A DNA stretch of 64,000 bases from IMG/VR virus record IMGVR_UViG_3300037067_011302, positions 96,001 through 160,000 of that record; one strand, 5' to 3'. Made by a program: the position numbers and the translations under genes. The first letter of the stretch is position 1; every line of letters starts with the position of its first letter. Below the pieces are notes generated by a model. It was not told the origin of the DNA. It worked only from the letters and a program-made list of their open reading frames with translations, and did no database searches. Origin of the DNA: a virus. Lineage: Duplodnaviria > Caudoviricetes. This document shows positions 19,301 to 28,437 of the stretch, piece after piece.

Positions 19301-19570
19301 ATGATTAATCCTAAGACATGTTATAAAACACAGTCTGAGCACAACGTTCGTTGTCAAAGACAAGGGTGCAAACACTGGTTCAAGTGCGCCGAGTGCAACA
19401 ATTGCACGATCATCGGTGCTCTAGACGGACAACACTCTCTACAGGAGATAGGTGACATGTTGGGCACCACTCGCATGCAAATTTGTCGCGTTGAAAGGGA
19501 CGTATTGCAAAAGTTCCGTGAGAGTGCTGAACGTATGATTGAACAATCAGACACGATCCCGACGTCGTGA
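19301..19570 (+). CDS. Small Cys-rich protein with a sigma-70 region-4-like HTH
   Basis: 'SLQEIGDMLGTTRMQICRVERDVLQKF' resembles sigma region 4; the N-terminus is Cys-rich. Confidence 0.7.
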   Translation: MINPKTCYKTQSEHNVRCQRQGCKHWFKCAECNNCTIIGALDGQHSLQEIGDMLGTTRMQICRVERDVLQKFRESAERMIEQSDTIPTS

Positions 19571-20044
19571 ACGCTTACGAGGTGCTTCAGTCTCAACGAC
19601 TTCCTCAACCTCTTCCTTGATGACGACGTCAGGAACGGTGTCAGGCAATTGACAGTCGACGGTGATCTCTTTGAGTTCGACGGGCTCTGTGATTGTCTTG
19701 CTCACGTGTAGAACGTTCTCATCAACGACGAGCACCTTTTCACCAACGTCGTCAAACATCAGGTCAGACAGTGCAGAATCCATGTCACCTGTGCAAGGCA
19801 ACGTCGGAGTGCTTTGTTCAACGTTGGAACCTCCAACGAGAATGACATTGTCGTTGTCGACGATCGTCACTGCATCGACCACCGAACCAGTTCCTTCAAA
19901 TGCCACGTCAACAAAGTTGACCTTGCTCTGTGCAACCGGACGAGGCACTCTGAGGTGACCCGAGTAATTCAACTCACTGTGTGGTTTCTTTGGATCGAGT
20001 GCACGATCCGTGATGTCCGCTAGGACTGCTCTTGGTGAAGGCAT
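19547..20044 (-). CDS. Acidic hypothetical protein
   Basis: 165 aa ORF with AAGGA RBS and CTAATTA motif upstream. Confidence 0.55.
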   Translation of the reverse strand: MPSPRAVLADITDRALDPKKPHSELNYSGHLRVPRPVAQSKVNFVDVAFEGTGSVVDAVTIVDNDNVILVGGSNVEQSTPTLPCTGDMDSALSDLMFDDVGEKVLVVDENVLHVSKTITEPVELKEITVDCQLPDTVPDVVIKEEVEEVVETEAPRKRSRRRDRV

Positions 20045-20077
20045 AATTCCTTTCCTTAATTAGGCACCATCGTCAAT

Positions 20078-20551
20078 TCAAGCGTCACTTGTGTCGATCT
20101 TGCGCTCATCGCTCTCATCATCTGCTTGTTTGCGAACGAGTGCACCATTTAAGTATGCCTTCAACTCTTCAGCGATCTTCCGTTGTTTTTCGATCTCCCT
20201 CAACAATTTTTTCCTTGAGCGTTCCAACATCGGAGTCGTGTCCTTCGTCCATGAAGTGCACGATGCCGTCGATTTTCGATTCGCTCGTTTGATCGGATAG
20301 AGCGCGTCATAGATGTTCATGATGTCAATGACCATCTGTTCTGAGTACTTTGCGATCAATCTAAGTGCCCGGCGCGCGCGAAGACCTGGTGAATACATGC
20401 CGGACTCACTCCTATAGACATCATACTCAATGAGCGTGATCAACTCTTTTATACGAGTCCATCGTTCTAGAAGAGTCTTTGGACTGTTCTGAACAACCTT
20501 GACCTTGCTGGGATTCTTCTTGTACTTTACTTTCTTCTTTTGCCTTGCCAT
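20078..20551 (-). CDS. Basic protein, possibly Hc1/histone H1-like DNA-binding family
   Basis: Lys/Arg-rich; 'LLERWTRIKELI..IEYDV.....PGLRARRALR' resembles the 'AGxRARK' helical-hairpin family. Confidence 0.45.
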   Translation of the reverse strand: MARQKKKVKYKKNPSKVKVVQNSPKTLLERWTRIKELITLIEYDVYRSESGMYSPGLRARRALRLIAKYSEQMVIDIMNIYDALYPIKRANRKSTASCTSWTKDTTPMLERSRKKLLREIEKQRKIAEELKAYLNGALVRKQADDESDERKIDTSDA

Positions 20552-20578
20552 TACCCCACACTACAACACGATCGCAGA

Positions 20579-22207
20579 TCAACACAACAACTTTGAAAAA
20601 TCATCTGGAAAGAACCTCTTGTTCTTGCGAAAGAAGTATCCCCAATCAGCGTCTAGAATATAAGAGATAGCATGATCGTTTGAATTCCTCACGCTTCTTC
20701 CTAGCGCCTGAACGATCGTCTTAGCAGTCGTGTAGTCATACCAAACAGGATCACTCTTCATCCTTCGCTTGATCACCTGATCGCCTATGTAAGGATAGGG
20801 AACCTTGCAGAGCACCTGAAACCTACTTGCGTCATCAGCGAGGTCAACGCCTTCTGTCATTGAGGGTGACAAGATGACTGTCGGTTCTGACGTCTCGAGG
20901 TGCAACTTTAACACCCTCTCACGATCTGCCGACTCATGGATCAACAACCTTTGTGAACTGACGTGCTCCTTGATGTATTGCGCGATTCGATACGTCTGAG
21001 CGTGAATTATCCCCTTCTCATTTGGGTGCAGTGCCAAGATATCGTTGATCACATCGACCATGACTGGGAGCGTCTTGTCGATGTTCTTGAGCGACATGCT
21101 GCCACACGAAAGAAAACACACCTTTCGATTGTTGACATCGAACGGTGAAGGCATACGACAATACGCAACGTCATTGACGTCCAATCCGACCGATCGACAG
21201 AACACGTCCTTGTCAAGGATCGTTGCTGACATCATCAAGACATAGTCGCCGAACTTGTAGAGGTGATCGGCGGCGTACGTTGAAACGTCAACGGGTTTGA
21301 ACTCAAACTTCTTGAAGACCTTTCTCGTCTTCGTCAAGCACTGTTCAACGTTCATGACCCATTTGTCAGGGTCGTACTCGTCGATGAAACGATTGACCTT
21401 GCAAATGTGCTTGTCAAGCATTGAGTATTGCTTGCTAATCTGCGCAACGTTCTCAACGTGTTGCTTCAGTTGCTTCTTGATCTGTCTTTCTGCACCGTTC
21501 AAACGCTTGACAACGCCTGCTTTATAGACGCTTGACACCCACTCGAACACATCAGCCTGTTCGATTGACTTGGGCGGCCGACACCTCAACACGTCACTCG
21601 CAAAACGTTCCGAAAACATCACCGCGATGAACGATGAAAGTGAATCCTCGATGGTGTGACACTCGTCGAGCACCAACAATTTTCTCGGCGTGAGCTTACC
21701 AGCGTATTGAGTCTCGGCAAGAAAGTAAGAAAAATTCGTCACGCCAATGATGGAGTGAAGAAACTTTTGTTTGTCAACGACATATTGGCAATTGTCCTTG
21801 CAACACTCGTAGAATTCAGTTCCCAACAACGTTGAGGCGAGGTTCGCGAGAATCCTCCTCGATTCACCACACGTTTGGTCAACATAGTACTTACACGCGT
21901 AGTTTGAACTGGACTTGATTGACCTAACGATGTCAAGCGCATTCGGACCAAAGTCGCGTAGGTATTGATCCTGCAATACCTTTTGTGTTGTGAGCACGTA
22001 GGATTGTGCTGAAACGTCCAGGTCGTTTAGGTACCTAGCGATGGTCACGGCAATCGCTGACTTTCCAATTCCAGTCGGAAGGTCCATCAGGCAAACGCGC
22101 TTCTTCTGAACAAGAAATGCATCGAGGGCGAAATTGATCGCCCTCCTTTGTTCGTCTCTCACCTCGTCAAAAGGAAAGAGATTATCAAACGAAAATTCTG
22201 TGCTCAT
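20579..22207 (-). CDS. DinG/Rad3-family SF2 DNA helicase
   Basis: Q motif, Walker A PTGIGKS, Fe-S cysteines, DECH box, 'MSAT', 'EGVD', 'QALGRSVR...D'. Confidence 0.93.
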   Translation of the reverse strand: MSTEFSFDNLFPFDEVRDEQRRAINFALDAFLVQKKRVCLMDLPTGIGKSAIAVTIARYLNDLDVSAQSYVLTTQKVLQDQYLRDFGPNALDIVRSIKSSSNYACKYYVDQTCGESRRILANLASTLLGTEFYECCKDNCQYVVDKQKFLHSIIGVTNFSYFLAETQYAGKLTPRKLLVLDECHTIEDSLSSFIAVMFSERFASDVLRCRPPKSIEQADVFEWVSSVYKAGVVKRLNGAERQIKKQLKQHVENVAQISKQYSMLDKHICKVNRFIDEYDPDKWVMNVEQCLTKTRKVFKKFEFKPVDVSTYAADHLYKFGDYVLMMSATILDKDVFCRSVGLDVNDVAYCRMPSPFDVNNRKVCFLSCGSMSLKNIDKTLPVMVDVINDILALHPNEKGIIHAQTYRIAQYIKEHVSSQRLLIHESADRERVLKLHLETSEPTVILSPSMTEGVDLADDASRFQVLCKVPYPYIGDQVIKRRMKSDPVWYDYTTAKTIVQALGRSVRNSNDHAISYILDADWGYFFRKNKRFFPDDFSKLLC

Positions 22208-22243
22208 GCCCTATTGTAAATACACGTCAGACGATACCTTCAC

Positions 22244-22837
22244 TCATCCAACGATCCGGTCGACGATTCCAAGTTTGATCGCCTCTTCGGCCGAGAAATA
22301 GCGATCCACACCACACCTCATGATCTCCTTGACTGCCTTCAAGGACATCTTCGTCTCAGACGCCAATGCCTGTTCGGCAAGTTCCTGACGACGTCGAATC
22401 TCTTCGGCGGTATTGACAAGTTCAAACACGTTCCCAATTGCACCTGCCGACAGAGGATGAATCATCACTCGTGCCGTCCGACCGATCAACCTCTCACCCT
22501 TCTTGCCGGATGCAAGAATGAGCACGCCTGCTGATAGGATCTTTCCAAATCCAACAGTGTACACTGGCGATGGAAGGAACTTGATGACGTCGTAGAGGTT
22601 GAACATCTCATCGACTGAACCTCCATTCGTTGAGACGACGAGCCTGATGGGATTTTGGTTGATCCTGGACAGTTCAAACAACTGCAGCACGACCATCGAA
22701 ATCATGCGTTCAGTGACATCGCCGTGCAACATGACAACGCGTGAGTCGAGCGACATCATCTGTGGCTGTTGTACCGAATCATCGTAAGACTCGTCAGGAC
22801 AGTTATTTCGAGATTTGTCGACAATCTTCCTACCCAT
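22244..22837 (-). CDS. clpP: ATP-dependent Clp protease proteolytic subunit
   Basis: 'STNGGSV' plus catalytic Ser (ILSAG), His (MIHP) and Asp (DRYFSAEEA..GIVD); start reassigned to ATG 22837. Confidence 0.92.
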   Translation of the reverse strand: MGRKIVDKSRNNCPDESYDDSVQQPQMMSLDSRVVMLHGDVTERMISMVVLQLFELSRINQNPIRLVVSTNGGSVDEMFNLYDVIKFLPSPVYTVGFGKILSAGVLILASGKKGERLIGRTARVMIHPLSAGAIGNVFELVNTAEEIRRRQELAEQALASETKMSLKAVKEIMRCGVDRYFSAEEAIKLGIVDRIVG

Positions 22838-23069
22838 TAGTATCTCCTTGTGACAAAAACACTTTGTTACCTGCGATGACCTTGATAGGATCAGTGAGAG
22901 CACGCATGAGCTCGATGTCCTCAATCTCAAGAGCAAGCAAGTAGATGATCATGATCCTTTGACGTTCCGAAATTTCAAGTGCTGAAATATCACGAACAAG
23001 TTCACGACACAGCGTATTCTCAGCCGCTTGACGTTCCGAATCCAGTTGACCATAGGTCATTGTACTCAT
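22830..23069 (-). CDS. Hypothetical protein
   Basis: 79 aa, overlap-coupled between neighbours. Confidence 0.6.
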   Translation of the reverse strand: MSTMTYGQLDSERQAAENTLCRELVRDISALEISERQRIMIIYLLALEIEDIELMRALTDPIKVIAGNKVFLSQGDTNG

Positions 23070-23554
23070 ACGATCACTTCTTCCCTCACAAATGTGTCAA
23101 CAGTGAACAGTCCCTCACCAACGATCACGACGTACTTTCCTTGCTTAACGTTTCCCTCTGTGTCAGACGTCAACAACACGACGTCACCCCACCTCTTTTC
23201 GTCACAGATGAATTTTGCCTGTTCCCACGTCGCCTGATCGACGTCGTTGGCGTCCAACAGTGCGCTCAATTTCTGTGGTAACGAACTCCTAATGTCGTCT
23301 ATCGTCAGTGCCGACGACATATGTTCTCGGTTCTGAACGATGTCAGAACGATTGATCTCAACGACGAGGTGAACGATGCCACAGTTCGGACACTGAACGT
23401 ACTTCTTTTGCACAACATCGTCAACAATCACCGAAAACACCGAAAATTGGTGCAAAGGAGGATCATTGGCCCTCCTGAATTGAGGCAATACACACCTACA
23501 CTTGATCAGGTGTTTTTGACCGACCTTGGTTGACATTGACATGCGCTCACTCAT
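23066..23554 (-). CDS. Hypothetical zinc-ribbon protein
   Basis: CxC and CPNCGIVH motifs; coupled to the downstream gene. Confidence 0.65.
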   Translation of the reverse strand: MSERMSMSTKVGQKHLIKCRCVLPQFRRANDPPLHQFSVFSVIVDDVVQKKYVQCPNCGIVHLVVEINRSDIVQNREHMSSALTIDDIRSSLPQKLSALLDANDVDQATWEQAKFICDEKRWGDVVLLTSDTEGNVKQGKYVVIVGEGLFTVDTFVREEVIV

Positions 23555-23604
23555 TTGAACGGTTCAACGATGCAAAAATACTTCGAATTGAATCTACGAA
23601 CGTA

Positions 23605-23898
23605 CTATGCACTTTTTTTCGCGCCGCGCTTCGGCGACGCATCATCCTTTTCAACGTCCTTGAGGTGTGCAAATTCCGCGTCGAACACCGCGATGAACGA
23701 CTTGATGCACGACTTGATGCAACGCTCATAGCCTTCATCGATGCTCGCATGGACCAACACGAGAACCTGATTAACATTTTCAGGACTGATCCCGTATTGT
23801 TTTCTTGACGACGCTACGGTGACATTTTTGTCAATGACGTCCTTGATTGAATCAGCAATCTGCCTCGCGGTCCTCGACAATTTTTCAGAAAGTTTCAT
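23605..23898 (-). CDS. Hypothetical protein
   Basis: MKLSEKL... with GAGGAG RBS. Confidence 0.6.
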   Translation of the reverse strand: MKLSEKLSRTARQIADSIKDVIDKNVTVASSRKQYGISPENVNQVLVLVHASIDEGYERCIKSCIKSFIAVFDAEFAHLKDVEKDDASPKRGAKKSA

Positions 23899-23932
23899 GT
23901 TGTACTCCTCACTGCATAGTACACCGCACACG

Positions 23933-23939
23933 ATACTTA
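23933..23939 (+). promoter_or_regulatory. Putative late-promoter motif ATACTTA
   Basis: Upstream of ATG 23961 of the counter-oriented gene. Confidence 0.45.
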
Positions 23940-23960
23940 CATTGGATTTCGGTGATCAAA

Positions 23961-24803
23961 ATGACAAAGATGACTCTCAAAGAACACATGCAGATCAAGA
24001 AGACGCGCGGCATTGTCAAAAAGGCACACCTCAGTGAGTCATTCCAAAAGAAGGGCAAAGTGACGATCAACGAGGCACTCAAGAAAGAGGACCTCGACAA
24101 GATGACGAAGATCATTGACAGCATTAGAGCACTGAAGAACTACGGTGTTGCATCGATCAGTGATGCCGCCGAAAAAGCAGCGCTCGATGCAGCAAATTAC
24201 ATCAGCAAGGGAACGGTTGGAAAAGCATGGAGTAGTCTCAAGACGATGTTCACGTCAGGTAAGGCAAATCCTGTCGCGAAGGCCGCTGGATTTGTATCAC
24301 TCGTAGGAGGTGCGTGCAGTCAAATGCCTCAAATCATCAAGAATGTTGTTGGAAATTTCGAGGCAACGAGCAACCAAACGTTGACCCAACTCGTCACAGA
24401 CGAAAAGAAAAAGAAGCAATTGAACGATCTGCTGATGAAGGCGTTCACTCCTGACAATCCGCTCGAAAAATTCTACGGAAATACAAATGCATTCGTGAAA
24501 GACGTCATGAACACTCCGTTAGAGAGCATCTCGAAGCTCGTCGACGGCGTTGCAAAGCTGAGTCCTGCCGTTGAAAGCATCATGAAATCTCAGGCAACAG
24601 AACAGCCCCAGCAAGCTCAGCAGCAAGCACCCGGCACGAAGCCAGCCGAAAAACAAAATGTGTCGACCGACAATGAAGCTGCCGCGGCGCTTTCAAAGAA
24701 GATGAATGACCCTGATTTCACATTGAAATTGTTGAAACTTGCGTCAGATCCGGAGACCAAGCAACTGATGCTACGGTTGATCAATCAGCCAGCAAATCAG
24801 TGA
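23961..24803 (+). CDS. Lys/Ala-rich helical hypothetical protein (possible virion internal protein)
   Basis: Counter-oriented in a minus-strand block; N-terminal LxE/IxE motifs (TLKE, HLSE, TINE); Q/P-rich linker. Confidence 0.6.
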   Translation: MTKMTLKEHMQIKKTRGIVKKAHLSESFQKKGKVTINEALKKEDLDKMTKIIDSIRALKNYGVASISDAAEKAALDAANYISKGTVGKAWSSLKTMFTSGKANPVAKAAGFVSLVGGACSQMPQIIKNVVGNFEATSNQTLTQLVTDEKKKKQLNDLLMKAFTPDNPLEKFYGNTNAFVKDVMNTPLESISKLVDGVAKLSPAVESIMKSQATEQPQQAQQQAPGTKPAEKQNVSTDNEAAAALSKKMNDPDFTLKLLKLASDPETKQLMLRLINQPANQ

Positions 24804-24807
24804 CCGA

Positions 24808-26052
24808 TCACGCAAGCACGGCACCCAATCGTTGAACTAGATCGCGCAATTGTTTGAACCGTGCGTTGACGGCAACCTCTGTCGACAATAACGTGCTTCC
24901 GTTTGAACCACGGACGATGCCGTACTTCGTTGCCGCGTGAAATGCTCGTAGTGTCCTATCGATCGATTGCATCCTCGATATGTACATTTCATCCGCACGT
25001 AGCCTGATCACAACGTGATTTGGAGACAACGATCGAATACGATCGTCCAACAATGACGCAACCTCATCGACAGTCTGTTCACTACGTTTTTTTCTGATGA
25101 ATTCAACGTGATCAATGACCCTACGTGACGTGCTTGATGACGTGATCGTGACGTTCGATCGTCCTATCATCGCCCTGTCAATCGTCCCACACTTTGACAA
25201 CGTGATCGCACCGATCAAATCGCCCTTTGTGCTCGACACGACGTCAATCCCTGAAACGATAGCAATGTCGTTCAGTACATTGATTCCACTGACGTCAAAC
25301 TTCACCGTGAAAGGAATCACGCCCAACGTACCTCGATCATAGTTGACGCGGATCGTGTTCAACACGTCGTCCGACAATCCTCGTGTGAACAACAACACAC
25401 GTTCTCCTGATTCATGTGCACCCTCAAATAGACCGTGTAATTCACCAACTGTTTCAACGTACCCATCAATGCACAGGATCCTGGGGTGGTGCAGAGTTGT
25501 GACAATATTCCAACATGGAACCAATGAAAATGTGTACCCATTGATCAGTTCAATCGATTCTACGTCAGACGACGATCGTTCAATGATGATCCTTCCGTTG
25601 TATCCCGCGAGGTCGAGCGCCTCAATCACAACGTCATGAACGATCGGATCGTCGACGAATGTCTCTAAAATAGATGCAACATCACTCCTAAACGGAACGC
25701 TCACCGTCACTCCAGAGTGACCGCTAGGGCCGCTTTCACAATTTAATGGTGGGACATCCATCGTCAGTCCAAAGGACGTTTCTAGGATGGTTTCTATGAA
25801 ACTGTCGAACCCTCCCGGTCCATCCTGTTCCGCTGACAATGCATGGGATATGACAAGTTCATACACTACACGGTGAAGTTCATCGTTAAACTTCAGTCCG
25901 AACAACGTCTGGAACTTCGTCTGGATGTACGTTCTATCTCGACAGACCAACACTCGTTCTAAATGATGGGACTGGATGTTTCTCAGTTCATCAAGAATGA
26001 ATTTAAGCGCAGAAATGACTTCATTTCTCATGAAAACGTGATGACATGTCAC
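24808..26052 (-). CDS. Divergent GroEL/Cpn60-like chaperonin (the start may be 26031)
   Basis: Apical-domain-like 'IELINGY...ILCIDG...LLFTRGLSDDVLNTIRVN..RG...LNDIAIVSG', followed by 'LLDDRIRSLS..VVIRL'; no GDGTT ATP motif. Confidence 0.7.
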   Translation of the reverse strand: MTCHHVFMRNEVISALKFILDELRNIQSHHLERVLVCRDRTYIQTKFQTLFGLKFNDELHRVVYELVISHALSAEQDGPGGFDSFIETILETSFGLTMDVPPLNCESGPSGHSGVTVSVPFRSDVASILETFVDDPIVHDVVIEALDLAGYNGRIIIERSSSDVESIELINGYTFSLVPCWNIVTTLHHPRILCIDGYVETVGELHGLFEGAHESGERVLLFTRGLSDDVLNTIRVNYDRGTLGVIPFTVKFDVSGINVLNDIAIVSGIDVVSSTKGDLIGAITLSKCGTIDRAMIGRSNVTITSSSTSRRVIDHVEFIRKKRSEQTVDEVASLLDDRIRSLSPNHVVIRLRADEMYISRMQSIDRTLRAFHAATKYGIVRGSNGSTLLSTEVAVNARFKQLRDLVQRLGAVLA

Positions 26053-26141
26053 AGATGAATTTTATGCCACGATGTGACAACTGGATTGTATGCGATCACA
26101 TTGAGAGATTATCTCCTCAGTGTATTCTACGCGCCCGCATT

Positions 26142-26280
26142 ATCTGATCCTCTGATATCAGAGATCTATTTATAGCTTTAAAGCTGTAAAGCTTTAAATC
26201 TGATCCTCTGATATCAGAGATCTATTTATAGCTTTAAAGCTGTAAAGCTTTAAATCTGATCCTCTGATATCAGAGATCTA
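26142..26280. repeat. 56-bp tandem repeat (2 full copies + 27-bp partial) containing palindromes CTCTGATATCAGAG and AGCTTTAAAGCT
   Basis: Unit atctgatcctctgatatcagagatctatttatagctttaaagctgtaaagctttaa starts at 26142, 26198 and 26254. Confidence 0.95.
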
Positions 26281-26283
26281 GAT

Positions 26284-26327
26284 TTTAAGATCTTAAATTT
26301 AAGATCTTAAATATTTAAGATCTTAAA
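26284..26327. repeat. Three copies of the 14-bp palindrome TTTAAGATCTTAAA
   Basis: At 26284-26297, 26298-26311 and 26314-26327. Confidence 0.95.
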
Positions 26328-26520
26328 TTCTGATCTCTGATATTCTCTGATATCAGAGATATTACATTGTTTTCAACTTGATCAAGTATTTTTCACTTTT
26401 TTCAATTTATTTCTATTTGATCAGTAAATGGCGCGCGAGCATACAAGAGCACGCCCGCGCGCGGGCTCGCGGGAACACAATTGTTGTTCAGTGAATGCGA
26501 ACGTAGTACAATGTTGAGGT

Positions 26521-28437
26521 ATGTTTGCAGACAACATCTTCTCACAGTCGACCATTCCAGAACAAGCAAAAATCGTCTTCGTTGCAGATCTCTTTGCTGA
26601 AGACTACACTGGTGGTGCTGAACTGACGACTCAAGCTTTGATCGATTCGTGTCCATTTGAACACTGTGAATTGCGATCTGCACAGGTCTCAATTGAAACA
26701 CTTAGGCAGGGAGCAGACAAATTTTGGATCTTTGGGAACTTTGCCAAACTCAATCCCCAGTTGATCCCAACGATAGTTGGCAATCTCCAATATGCAATTC
26801 TTGAGTACGATTACAAGTACTGTCAACATCGATCTCCAGAAAAACATGCATCGATCACCGGATCACCATGTGATTGCCACAACATGTTGAATGGAAAGAT
26901 TATTTCAGCATTCTACTACGGTGCAAAGGCACTCTGGTGGATGTCAGAGAAACAAAAAGAACGTTACCAAACGTTGTTTCCTTTCTTGAGTGAGAAAGAT
27001 AACTTTGTCCTGTCCAGCGTATTCGATCACAAGACGCTTGGCACGATCAAGCAATTACGATCGTTGGCAACTTCAACCGGAATCTCCAGAAACAAATGGA
27101 TCGTGTTGGGTTCTGACTCTTGGATCAAAGGATTTCAGGATGCAAAGGATTGGTGTGTAAAGAATGACGTTGATCACGATGTAGTGTGGAACGTGCCGTA
27201 CGATGTCATGTTGAAGATCCTATCAACTGCGAAAGGATTTGTGTACCTTCCCAAAGGAGGAGATACGTGTCCTAGAATGGTGATCGAGGCGAAACTCCTC
27301 GGATGTGAATTGCAGATCAATGAAAATGTGCAGCATGCCGCTGAATCTTGGTTTAATGCCTCTCTTGAGGAGATCGAAGAGTACCTATACTCAGCCCCAG
27401 GATTGTTTTGGACCGCCACGAAGAAGCTGATGGACTATCGACCTACGATCAGCGGATACACGACGACGTTCAATTGCATCAAGCAATCGTACCCATTCAT
27501 CCAGTGCATCAAGTCGATGTTGACGCTTTGTGATGAGGTCTGCATCGTCGACGGAGGATCTGACGATGGTACGTTTGAAAAGTTATTGAAGATGCACGAT
27601 GAAGATCCACGAATTCGAGTTCGCCGAGTCTCTCGCGATTGGACACACCCACGTTCAGCACTGTTCGACGGAATGCAGAAGGCAGAAGCAAGGACGATGT
27701 GTAAGTGTGAATTCTGTTGGCAGATGGACTCCGACGAAGTCATTCACGAGGATGACGTCAAGAAGGTCGTCGACATATGTTACCGCCTACCAAAAAACGT
27801 CAACGTTGTCTCCCTTCCAGTGATTGAATACTGGGGCGGTCCCGAGAAGGTTCGATTTGATGTCACGCCTTGGAAGTGGCGATTGACGCGGAACGTTCCG
27901 ACGTTGACGCATGGAATTCCAAAATCGTTACGTCGGTACGATGAAAGTGGTGAACTATACGCTGCACCTGGAACTGATGGGTGTGATGTGATTGATTCGA
28001 TCACCGGTGAGTGTCTACCACACGTTTCATTCTACACGCAGGAGGCCGACAAAATACGTTGTGAGGCACTGTCGGGCAATGAAGAAGCAAGAAAAACATA
28101 CGAACGATGGTTCAACGAAATCACCGAAAATGTTCCTGGCGTGTTTCACTATAGTTGGTACGACCTTGAACGTAAGATCAGGCTCTACAAGGATTTCTGG
28201 ACGCGTCATTGGAGTGTGTTGGAAGGAAAGACGTACGAAGACACGACAGAGACGAACATGATGTTCGACGTGCCGTGGTCAGAGGTCACCGACAAGATGA
28301 TTGAAGAACGTGCTGCGCTGATGAAGGTCCTGCTAGGAGGATGGGTGTGGCACCGAAAGTGGGACGGAAGGACGATGACGCCGCACATCACGTGTTCAAG
28401 GCGACAACCGGCAATCATGATCGAGGAGTGTAAGTAA
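26521..28437 (+). CDS. Two-domain glycosyltransferase (GT-B-like N-terminus + GT2 C-terminus)
   Basis: 'CPRMVIEAKLLGC' GT4-like motif; 'IVDGGSDDGT' and 'QMDSDE' GT2 motifs. Confidence 0.85.
   Translation: MFADNIFSQSTIPEQAKIVFVADLFAEDYTGGAELTTQALIDSCPFEHCELRSAQVSIETLRQGADKFWIFGNFAKLNPQLIPTIVGNLQYAILEYDYKYCQHRSPEKHASITGSPCDCHNMLNGKIISAFYYGAKALWWMSEKQKERYQTLFPFLSEKDNFVLSSVFDHKTLGTIKQLRSLATSTGISRNKWIVLGSDSWIKGFQDAKDWCVKNDVDHDVVWNVPYDVMLKILSTAKGFVYLPKGGDTCPRMVIEAKLLGCELQINENVQHAAESWFNASLEEIEEYLYSAPGLFWTATKKLMDYRPTISGYTTTFNCIKQSYPFIQCIKSMLTLCDEVCIVDGGSDDGTFEKLLKMHDEDPRIRVRRVSRDWTHPRSALFDGMQKAEARTMCKCEFCWQMDSDEVIHEDDVKKVVDICYRLPKNVNVVSLPVIEYWGGPEKVRFDVTPWKWRLTRNVPTLTHGIPKSLRRYDESGELYAAPGTDGCDVIDSITGECLPHVSFYTQEADKIRCEALSGNEEARKTYERWFNEITENVPGVFHYSWYDLERKIRLYKDFWTRHWSVLEGKTYEDTTETNMMFDVPWSEVTDKMIEERAALMKVLLGGWVWHRKWDGRTMTPHITCSRRQPAIMIEECK

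Larger units (their letters stand above)
26100..26480. other. Candidate replication origin
   Basis: AT-rich, non-coding, palindrome-dense region at the switch from minus-strand to plus-strand genes. Confidence 0.55.

Noticed and set aside
22244-22837. ClpP as the prohead protease that cleaves the leaders
   Set aside because: It looks like a canonical ClpP among non-structural genes; no capsid or portal genes are in the window to support the link.
26142-26280. CRISPR array (27-bp palindromic repeat with 29-bp spacers)
   Set aside because: The two 'spacers' are identical, so this is a plain tandem repeat; no cas operon is adjacent.
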